From positions 6,716 to 70,715 of IMG/VR virus record IMGVR_UViG_3300009709_000299: a stretch of 64,000 nt of DNA. The stretch is one strand, 5' to 3'. Source of the stretch: a virus. Lineage: Duplodnaviria; Caudoviricetes. Positions within the stretch are counted from its first letter, which is position 1. Each line of letters opens with the position of its first letter. This document shows, one piece after another, positions 56,489 through 64,000 of this stretch. The position numbers were made by a program, and so were the translations under genes. The notes under the pieces are model-generated. The model did no database searches, was not told the origin of the DNA, and saw nothing but the letters and a program-made list of their open reading frames with translations.

Positions 56489-58192
56489 TTAAGTTAACTT
56501 GTATCCCATTTTATCAGTTGCTTTATCAGCCCAAGTATCATGTGTAGAAGACCATAATACTATTATTCTATATCCTAAATCTTTATCTTCTTTTAAAGAA
56601 AATGTTTGATAGGATGTATCATAATCCCTATATTCTGTAATAAGTGTATATGTACCATAAGTTAATCCATTAAATGCATAATTTCCTTGTGTATCTGAAC
56701 TAATTGATATTTTTGTACTATCTGGATAAATTAAAGTTAATAAACATTGTGAAATTACACTTCCTGATACTTGTCCTGATAAACTATAAAAACCTGGATT
56801 TGATAATGCTAAATTAGGAGGATTTACAAATGGAGCAATCACTGGATCATATGGAGAATCTATTTGAGTAAATACAAATGTTGTAGCTGGTGAATTTTGT
56901 GTTGTTGCACTATAAGAATCTGTATATGTTACAATTCTTTGATCTACACCAAATATGTTTGTTATTTTTTTTACATTTCCTATTCTATATACAAAATTAG
57001 TAGCATCTGCACGTATTGATACACCTGCCTCTTGAATATTAGAATCATTAGATAATTTTTTTTCTATTTCATAAATTACAATTTCATCTGAATATGAAAA
57101 TCCTGTTCCATAAGAAATTTCTATTTGAGAATAATCTCCATCTATTATATTAGAATAATAAAATTTAGGTGAAAATGTATCTAATTGACCTTGTACATAA
57201 GGTTCTTCAATTTTAGGTTTATTTGGTATTTGAAAATAAGTGAAAAATCTACCACCAATTAAAAAATCAGAGAAAGTGCCAGCAGAAATTAAACTATCAT
57301 GTGGTGTTTCAAAAAAAGTATCTGCACTATAAACAGGAAAATCAGAGACATTAAAATCATTAATATTATTTGTATAATTATATGATGTTATATTATAAAT
57401 TTGTCCATAATCATAATATGATGAATATACTAATTGTTCATTTAACATGAAATCACTAAATTCTTGTGATTGTATTTCTGTATATATTTTGTTACTGGAT
57501 ATATAATTATTAGAAATTGGAAAATTAAATTTAAATATGGTTTTAACAAAATATTGAGATTTGTCTTCAAACAATTTGTTTGTTAAATTTCCACTTGTCA
57601 TTCCTGTACTTTTTACAAATACAGGAAATATAAGATCATAATATGGAATTGTGATTGATGAATAAGGTATTTCTAACTCATAAAATGGATTTTCTAATAA
57701 ATTTTGTATATCATCCTTTGATGACAAATCTATTTTAGCAGCATTTTCTGTTGTTGCTGTATTTATTGTGTTAGTTATTTTTGTCGTAATAGTTTTCTCA
57801 CCATTTACAATTATAGTTTCTTCTTGAATTTGTTGATTAACTATATTTTTTTGATCTGTATTAATTTTAGTAAAATCAGGTTGATAATTTTTATAAGTTG
57901 TATAATCTAATTTATACACTCTAAATAATACAGATGTATTTGCTGATATTGAAAATGTATTAGCAGAAAAGAAATATCTTATAAATGGATTATTTAAATT
58001 AGTAAATGTTGCTTGTGGATCTTGTCCATAATAATTTAAAGTTCCACCTGTAGCACTATATATTGGTATTTCAAAATTATTAATAAGTCTATTACTTTGA
58101 TAATAATTTACATTTCTATTAGAGAAAAATGATTGTGCAACATCATTATAATTTCCACTTACTTTTCTATATTCTATTTGTTTTTGATCCAT
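56489..58192 (-). CDS. Virion protein with a C-terminal carboxypeptidase-regulatory-like domain
   Basis: 567 aa; YSLSGQVSG...SSDTQGNYAFNGLTYGTYTLITEY. Confidence 0.6.
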   Translation of the reverse strand: MDQKQIEYRKVSGNYNDVAQSFFSNRNVNYYQSNRLINNFEIPIYSATGGTLNYYGQDPQATFTNLNNPFIRYFFSANTFSISANTSVLFRVYKLDYTTYKNYQPDFTKINTDQKNIVNQQIQEETIIVNGEKTITTKITNTINTATTENAAKIDLSSKDDIQNLLENPFYELEIPYSSITIPYYDLIFPVFVKSTGMTSGNLTNKLFEDKSQYFVKTIFKFNFPISNNYISSNKIYTEIQSQEFSDFMLNEQLVYSSYYDYGQIYNITSYNYTNNINDFNVSDFPVYSADTFFETPHDSLISAGTFSDFLIGGRFFTYFQIPNKPKIEEPYVQGQLDTFSPKFYYSNIIDGDYSQIEISYGTGFSYSDEIVIYEIEKKLSNDSNIQEAGVSIRADATNFVYRIGNVKKITNIFGVDQRIVTYTDSYSATTQNSPATTFVFTQIDSPYDPVIAPFVNPPNLALSNPGFYSLSGQVSGSVISQCLLTLIYPDSTKISISSDTQGNYAFNGLTYGTYTLITEYRDYDTSYQTFSLKEDKDLGYRIIVLWSSTHDTWADKATDKMGYKLT

Positions 58193-58193
58193 T

Positions 58194-60587
58194 TTATAGA
58201 TATGGGTTTGCTGTTTGTATATATGAAGTGACAGTTGAATTTATTTTTGCTACAGATATTTTATTTTTGAGTATATTTGGTATAGTTGAACTAACTGTAG
58301 ACATAATTACATTATTTGTAAATTTTGTTGGTTGATATGCTTGGACACATATTATATTAGTTATTCCAGTAAATTTTTTATTTATTTCAGAATCTAATTC
58401 ATTAATACATATTGGACTTTCAAGAGGAGGTATAAATTCTATTTTAAATTCAGAACCAGAATTTATACCCTCTTTATAAACAAATTTCTGTCTATTAAAA
58501 ATAGTATTTCTATATTCTGTTCCTGTCCCTTGAAAAATACTTGTTGCTGGAATAAGTTGTAAGAAATAATTTTGAAATTGTATTTCTAACAATGAAATAT
58601 AATATTCTAATTTTTTAAAATTTAATCTATTTGATAATGGAGATGTGCTATAATAATACCATAAATATAAATTTCTCAATTGAAAATAATAATAACTTGT
58701 ATGATTATGATCAATAGTTTTTCTAATTCTAGGATCTATTAAATTTGCATAGATATGATCTAAAAATTGTGAAAATGTTAATCCACTTAAATTGTGTGGA
58801 GAAAAAAAATCGCTTTGTAAAGGTAATAACTCAAATGGAACAGTTAAAGAAGAAAAAGCAAAAGTAACACTAGTAGTTCCCCATAACCATGTTGTTCCAG
58901 TTGATGTTAACCAATCATATACATCACATTCAATAGCAGCAGCAGGACTTATAGTAATTTCTAATTCTTTAGTATTCATTATGTTTTGTGTACCAAAAAA
59001 ATCAGGATTTCCTATAGTAGTTTTTATATTGTCAATTTTTTTTATTGGATTAAATTCAGGTTTCCATTGATCAATATATACTTGTCCATCACCTCTACCA
59101 ACACCGCCTTCTTGAAATATATAATTACTATCATCATAATTTATGTATCCATTTTCGTTTATTTTTGGACCAGTCTCATTAAGATTATTGATTCCATCAG
59201 GTTCAATTGTTTGGTTAAAATTTGTTTTTTGTATTTCATAGACAAATTCATTTAAATTTATTAAACAATCTGGTGCACCTATTAATTTAAAAATAAATTG
59301 TAGAGCGTCTCTAGTTCCTTTTTTCTTATATAACCATACAATATTAACTAAAATTCTTTTCCAAATTTCAATATTTAATGCACTTAATGAACCATCATTT
59401 TCAATATCTCCTATTAAATATTCAAACATGTTTGTTTCATCAAATGATGATGATAATTCCCAGCCAAGTAAATTGCTTAATTTAAATAAAAATTTATTGG
59501 AAACACTTTCTTCTTTTTCATAATTTATAGAATGAGCAAAAGCTATTCCATCTATAAATTGTTTTATTTGATCAAATTCTTTTGTGTATACTTCTGCTAA
59601 TGATTTAATGTCATTAAACTCATCATCTAATTCAATAAAATTTTCTGGAAAAAATGTTCTAAACATGATATTTGTTTTATCATTGTCTACTAAATCGCAT
59701 GCATAAAAAAATCTAGTTTGATATTCTTCGAATGAAAATCCATATGTATCTGGATTAAACCCATCAATTATTTTTGGCCATTTGAAATTTATTATATCAT
59801 ATTGATCAGGTATTGTTGCATTAGGAATTGAAAAATCGCCATCTAATAATATTTGAGATTCTAATCTACTTAAATTATGTAAATATGTATTATATATAAC
59901 TTCAGATGGTCTTATATAAATGGGAGCTGAAAATGTTGTTGCTGTTGAGCCACTAAATAAATCTCCTTTTATATTAAATTGTAAATGTGGAGTATTTCCA
60001 GTAGGTGCAATATATTTATAATCCACTATATCATATATGATATTAGAACCACTTAATTGAATAGAGAAATTATTTATATTATTAACTAAAGATATTTCTT
60101 GTGTAGAACCTGTATTAATAATTATATCTCCTTGATTAGTAATTGAGCTATATGGTATTTTAAATGAGCTAAAAATCGTTATACCTGTAGTATAATTACT
60201 ATAATCTATTATTTGATTACCTAATAAAGCATATGGGAAATTTTCTAAAATATTATTAATTGCTAATGCAACTGTAGAATAAAATGAACCAAAATAAGCA
60301 TAACTATTTGGTTCATTTTCTTTTAAATTAAGTTCATTATTGGATACAGAAAAAGATTTTTTTTGATCATATGTTTGTGTATAATCTAATGTTTCTAATG
60401 TAGAAAAATTATTAAAATTTATTGATCTTGAATCTCCTGTTAATACATTATCATTAAAATTTCTTTCCATTCTAAATGAACCAAAAGTAAATATTGATTC
60501 AGATTTAGTTGTTGGAATTCTTGAATCTTGTCCAGGTGATGCAAAAACAGATAAAGTTTGTCCTGTATTTATAGTTAAAATATCCAA
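58194..60587 (-). CDS. Baseplate wedge protein (phage tail protein I / gp7-like domain)
   Basis: LSNLLGWE...WKRILVNIVWLYKKKGTRDALQFIFKLIG matches the P2 gpI-like motif; TTG start with late motif at 60604-60612. Confidence 0.72.
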   Translation of the reverse strand: MDILTINTGQTLSVFASPGQDSRIPTTKSESIFTFGSFRMERNFNDNVLTGDSRSINFNNFSTLETLDYTQTYDQKKSFSVSNNELNLKENEPNSYAYFGSFYSTVALAINNILENFPYALLGNQIIDYSNYTTGITIFSSFKIPYSSITNQGDIIINTGSTQEISLVNNINNFSIQLSGSNIIYDIVDYKYIAPTGNTPHLQFNIKGDLFSGSTATTFSAPIYIRPSEVIYNTYLHNLSRLESQILLDGDFSIPNATIPDQYDIINFKWPKIIDGFNPDTYGFSFEEYQTRFFYACDLVDNDKTNIMFRTFFPENFIELDDEFNDIKSLAEVYTKEFDQIKQFIDGIAFAHSINYEKEESVSNKFLFKLSNLLGWELSSSFDETNMFEYLIGDIENDGSLSALNIEIWKRILVNIVWLYKKKGTRDALQFIFKLIGAPDCLINLNEFVYEIQKTNFNQTIEPDGINNLNETGPKINENGYINYDDSNYIFQEGGVGRGDGQVYIDQWKPEFNPIKKIDNIKTTIGNPDFFGTQNIMNTKELEITISPAAAIECDVYDWLTSTGTTWLWGTTSVTFAFSSLTVPFELLPLQSDFFSPHNLSGLTFSQFLDHIYANLIDPRIRKTIDHNHTSYYYFQLRNLYLWYYYSTSPLSNRLNFKKLEYYISLLEIQFQNYFLQLIPATSIFQGTGTEYRNTIFNRQKFVYKEGINSGSEFKIEFIPPLESPICINELDSEINKKFTGITNIICVQAYQPTKFTNNVIMSTVSSTIPNILKNKISVAKINSTVTSYIQTANPYL

Positions 60588-60745
60588 TTTTTTTTTATTT
60601 TTTTATAAATATTAATAAAAAGAAATCATTTTTTATTATTATATGGTAAACATAATAAATAATATAGCTATTTTAAAGAAAATTTTTTTAACTATATTTA
60701 TTTTTGACATTTTAATAATTATATTTTATTTAAATAGAATTTAAC

Positions 60746-62779
60746 ATGAGTGGATTTCTTCCAAATGAACCAACCACATTTATTAATATAAAACTTACTG
60801 ATACAGGAAGACGTTTATTATCTTTGGGTAGATTAACTTTTGATAAAGCTGCTCTTTCAGATAGAGAAATAGACTATGGTATTGACCATACAAATACATA
60901 TTCTATTCTAAATAATAGAATTTTAGCTCCAAAAGACGATGAACCTACATTTACAAATTTAGATGATAGTAATTTTATTCCTCTAGGACCATCTAGAGTG
61001 ACTTCAATAAAACAGCTTATTTCAGGTGTAACTGATTCTACTGGATTTTTTACAGGCTCTACAAATGCTTTTGGAATAGAACAATCTAAATATTATACAA
61101 AATTAACATTTACATATTCTGGTAATGGATTGCCACAAGGATTAAATACTATAGCTTATGATTCTGGTTCAGAATTACCTTATTCACCAAATGTAGGTCA
61201 ATTAATATATATTCCTTGGGAACCTATTCAAAATTCTGGTAAAACATATGATTCTAGTACTATTTTGTATTCTGGTAACCCTACAGTTGGATTATGGTAT
61301 AGAATAATATCAGCATCTACAAATACATTATATTTAGATAGACCAACACCTAACTTTGGCACCACTGCATCTAATCAAAAAATTAATGCCTATGTATATC
61401 CATTTAATGGGATAGAAACATATTATAGTACAGCTTATACAGTACCTGTTTCTGTTTGGAATATGAATATAGTTAGAACAAATTCTGTTCCAGGAACATA
61501 TTCTACATTAAGTGGTTATACAAGTTATGGTTCTATAGAATATAATGGTACTAGAGCATATTTGAATTTTTCATCTGAAACAAGAGATATTGGAATTGTT
61601 CACTTTACGAATTTATATACAGGTAATACTTATGCTGAACAATTAGTTGAAGGTTCTTTTCATTTAACTATACCAAATATTATGTGGCATAAAACCCCTG
61701 CAAATAATGGTGAAGGCATGTCATATGGTATAGATTTATATGATATTGCAGGAGATACTACATTTGATATTTCTGCAAATACTACATATAGATTATTAAG
61801 AGACGGTTCTTCAATTAATAACACTATTGTAGGACGTGTTTATCATAAATTAAAGATAGCTGTAATAACAGATCAAGAGTTATTATATGCTATGACCTAT
61901 AAATCTAATAGAAATTATACATTACCACCATTATCTGTTTCGTTAGGAACAGCTCCAAAGTATCCATTATCAAATTCACAAGCTTTAGGTTTATGTGAAA
62001 GTGGAAAAACTTATTATGTTTCATATATTGTTAATAGCAATTCTGTTTATAATTCTGGTATAACATTTGGATACCCACAAAGTCTTCACTGTGGATATGT
62101 ACAAAAAATAAAAGGTGAATTTGATTCTAATGGAAATAAGACTTATATAAACGCTTCTTTTCCAAGCAATTCATTTCCATATTTACGTTCATCTTTGAAT
62201 ATGGAATCAAGTTCAACATATTCAGGTACAGGATGGAATGCTAACAAAATACAAATTTTGGTAAATGTAGTAAATGATACAGATTTATATAATTATAATA
62301 CTATTCCATCTGATGGATGGAAATTGATATCCAATGGTATAGGTAATGGTATTTATACAGGAGATACTAATGATTTAACTATTGATCCTTTAAAGTTACA
62401 AGGCTATCAATTTGTTATATCTGAAGCTGATTATAATAGTGGAACTACCTATAATTTAGATAATGTATTTACAAATAACGCTGATTATTTGTATAATACA
62501 GGGTTAACTTTTGGAAATGAATCATTTTTCTTTGGTATTGTAAATACAAATATTCTTGCATATTCATTTAAAAGTTCTATTGTGGTAATAGCTGATGGTA
62601 GTTCATTCAACACTACTGTTAATCCTACTTTTGATCCAAATTTTAATGATAATGTTTATATAACAGAAATAGGAATATTTAATACGGCAAATCAATTGGT
62701 TGGTGTTGGTAAACCAACATATCCAATCAGAAAATCTAATAGTAGATTTTTATCATTTAAATTAGAATATGATTTTTAA
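60746..62779 (+). CDS. Baseplate/tail-collar protein
   Basis: 677 aa; N-terminal KLTDTGRRLL and C-terminal VYITEIGIFN....LVGVGK resemble tail-collar/fibre anchor domains. Confidence 0.65.
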   Translation: MSGFLPNEPTTFINIKLTDTGRRLLSLGRLTFDKAALSDREIDYGIDHTNTYSILNNRILAPKDDEPTFTNLDDSNFIPLGPSRVTSIKQLISGVTDSTGFFTGSTNAFGIEQSKYYTKLTFTYSGNGLPQGLNTIAYDSGSELPYSPNVGQLIYIPWEPIQNSGKTYDSSTILYSGNPTVGLWYRIISASTNTLYLDRPTPNFGTTASNQKINAYVYPFNGIETYYSTAYTVPVSVWNMNIVRTNSVPGTYSTLSGYTSYGSIEYNGTRAYLNFSSETRDIGIVHFTNLYTGNTYAEQLVEGSFHLTIPNIMWHKTPANNGEGMSYGIDLYDIAGDTTFDISANTTYRLLRDGSSINNTIVGRVYHKLKIAVITDQELLYAMTYKSNRNYTLPPLSVSLGTAPKYPLSNSQALGLCESGKTYYVSYIVNSNSVYNSGITFGYPQSLHCGYVQKIKGEFDSNGNKTYINASFPSNSFPYLRSSLNMESSSTYSGTGWNANKIQILVNVVNDTDLYNYNTIPSDGWKLISNGIGNGIYTGDTNDLTIDPLKLQGYQFVISEADYNSGTTYNLDNVFTNNADYLYNTGLTFGNESFFFGIVNTNILAYSFKSSIVVIADGSSFNTTVNPTFDPNFNDNVYITEIGIFNTANQLVGVGKPTYPIRKSNSRFLSFKLEYDF

Positions 62780-62791
62780 AAAATAAAAAAA

Positions 62792-63166
62792 ATGGGAAAA
62801 GTACCTTCAGCAACAACTATAACTTCATCAGCGTTTTTAACAGAAACAGGTAGAAGATATCTTTTTGGAAAAGACAATAATGGTAATCCTATTAGATTTG
62901 ATTCTAATGGAACTGATAATTTTGAAATAACACAATTTGCTTTGTTTGATAATGATAGAAATTATAGAACATCTACTAATTTTTCTACAGGACAAATGCC
63001 TGATGTAGCTGGAACTAGTGAAGACAGCTGTTTAAAAGCAGCATTAAATTTAAGTATAAATAATATAATTATATTTGAAGGGGTTATTCCTCAAAGTTTT
63101 GAAGATAATTTTCAATATATTTCTAATGATGTAACAGTAGATGCATACAATTATCAAGCTAATTAA
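62792..63166 (+). CDS. Small baseplate/tail-collar-related protein
   Basis: 124 aa; AFLTETGRRYL...ITQFALFD echoes the N-terminus of 60746-62779. Confidence 0.6.
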   Translation: MGKVPSATTITSSAFLTETGRRYLFGKDNNGNPIRFDSNGTDNFEITQFALFDNDRNYRTSTNFSTGQMPDVAGTSEDSCLKAALNLSINNIIIFEGVIPQSFEDNFQYISNDVTVDAYNYQAN

Positions 63167-63174
63167 AACTTAAT

Positions 63175-64000
63175 ATGAATCAATATTTTAAACCTATAGA
63201 AAGTCCAGTATCAACAAGACAGGAAATCAGAACCAATGTTACACTAAATGGTAGTGGATTAACATATACCTTATGTGATAGAAATAATTTGTCAAGTGTA
63301 GAAGCTAATTATTTTGCATCATTTAATTTACCATATATTTCATCAGCTTTTTCAACTGGTTCTACTTTATCATTAGTTAAACCAGAATTGCAACAATTAA
63401 ATGTTGATAAAATAATAATTTCTCCTATACCTAATGGATTTTATAATGAATTTATTGATGGAAGATCAGTTACTTTAAAAGTTCCACAAACATTTGGTTT
63501 AAATATATCTGCAAAAACTGTTGTTTCTTCTACTTATACTGTTTTAGAAAAAATTGAAGCTAGTGAATTACTTGGAACTAATGTAGCTTTTTTATTTTGT
63601 GATGAAATTAATTTACCATATACAGGAACTACAAATGGAACCATAATTAGTAAATCAGGTAATACTACTTGGAATCCTTCTTCTTCATTTGTTAATCGCC
63701 CTGCTGCAGTTTCTTATTTAGAAATTCAATCAACTGATGTAAATACAGATAAAAGACCTTGGAGTGGTGTAAATAAAGCAGTCTCAATATCTCAAAATTA
63801 TCCTACACAAACAAATCAAGGATACAATTATGATATACCTGTTGGATTTGTTGCCCTAGATAAGGGATGGTTTGTATTTACACATCCATCAATTGTTAAT
63901 AATTTTCCATTTACACTAGGTCAAAAAATAGATGGAACTCCTAATTCAGGTCCAACTTCAGGAACCTCAAATATTTATTTTTCATCTGCTACAATTTCTA
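63175..64000 (+). CDS. Virion structural protein, truncated by the window edge (not in the ORF track)
   Basis: Hand translation from ATG 63175: MNQYFKPIESPVSTRQEIRTNVTLNGSGLTYTLCDRNNLSSVEANYFASFNLP...; appears open towards the end of the window. Confidence 0.65.
   Translation, partial: MNQYFKPIESPVSTRQEIRTNVTLNGSGLTYTLCDRNNLSSVEANYFASFNLPYISSAFSTGSTLSLVKPELQQLNVDKIIISPIPNGFYNEFIDGRSVTLKVPQTFGLNISAKTVVSSTYTVLEKIEASELLGTNVAFLFCDEINLPYTGTTNGTIISKSGNTTWNPSSSFVNRPAAVSYLEIQSTDVNTDKRPWSGVNKAVSISQNYPTQTNQGYNYDIPVGFVALDKGWFVFTHPSIVNNFPFTLGQKIDGTPNSGPTSGTSNIYFSSATIS

Noticed and set aside
1883-59255. Antisense ORFs in the track (1883, 4353, 7025, 9943, 15920, 23410, 26617, 29301, 30152, 31993, 38260, 38656, 38943, 47795, 51380, 52833, 53725, 56205, 58129, 58792, 58986)
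   Set aside because: They lie opposite well-supported genes or more credible ORFs and look like shadow frames with no motifs.
1-64000. Stop-codon reassignment as in some Bacteroidota jumbo phages
   Set aside because: Long genes are intact under code 11, and TAG ends genes at their expected C-termini (e.g. 22264, 29165, 30402) with the next feature close behind.
1-64000. tRNA, rRNA, CRISPR array or diversity-generating retroelement
   Set aside because: No cloverleaf, repeat-spacer array or reverse transcriptase was recognised; intergenic gaps are short AT-rich leaders or terminators. The fibre paralogue differences are not confined to adenines as in a TR/VR pair.

Overview
A very AT-rich (roughly three-quarters A+T by eye) 64 kb segment of a T4-related (gp23/gp21/gp25/gp6-type) contractile-tailed jumbo bacteriophage, read in standard code 11. 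The host is probably Bacteroidota (inference from TAnnTTTG promoter-like elements and A-rich leaders without Shine-Dalgarno sites). Layout: (i) 1-10.2 kb, head/neck operon on the minus strand (prohead protease, acidic scaffold, major capsid protein, inserted homing endonuclease, small virion protein, neck proteins). (ii) 10.2-17 kb, an intein-containing glycosyltransferase, an RHH protein, PhoH and late hypothetical genes. (iii) 17.1-35.7 kb, a large glycan biosynthesis/transfer island (GT2, GT10 x2, GT11, GT25, GT4, NodU-type carbamoyltransferase, UGM-like flavoprotein, SDRs, and a ColD/ColC-like GDP-colitose pair), interrupted by a metallophosphoesterase and a HAD-like gene. (iv) 35.7-64 kb, a sigma-like gene, baseplate spike/wedge genes and two convergent paralogous HxEG-repeat tail fibre genes. 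Most notable: the phage-encoded glycosylation island with a probable colitose pathway; a 64/65-bp inverted repeat positioned so that inversion would swap the C-terminal tips of the two fibres in frame; a recurrent (A/C)TATTTAT(A) upstream motif that is the reverse complement of the T4 late promoter; an intein in a glycosyltransferase; a perfect 68-bp palindrome; and a hairpin-rich non-coding segment. No tRNA, rRNA or CRISPR array was seen. All family assignments come from recognised sequence motifs; no database search was run.
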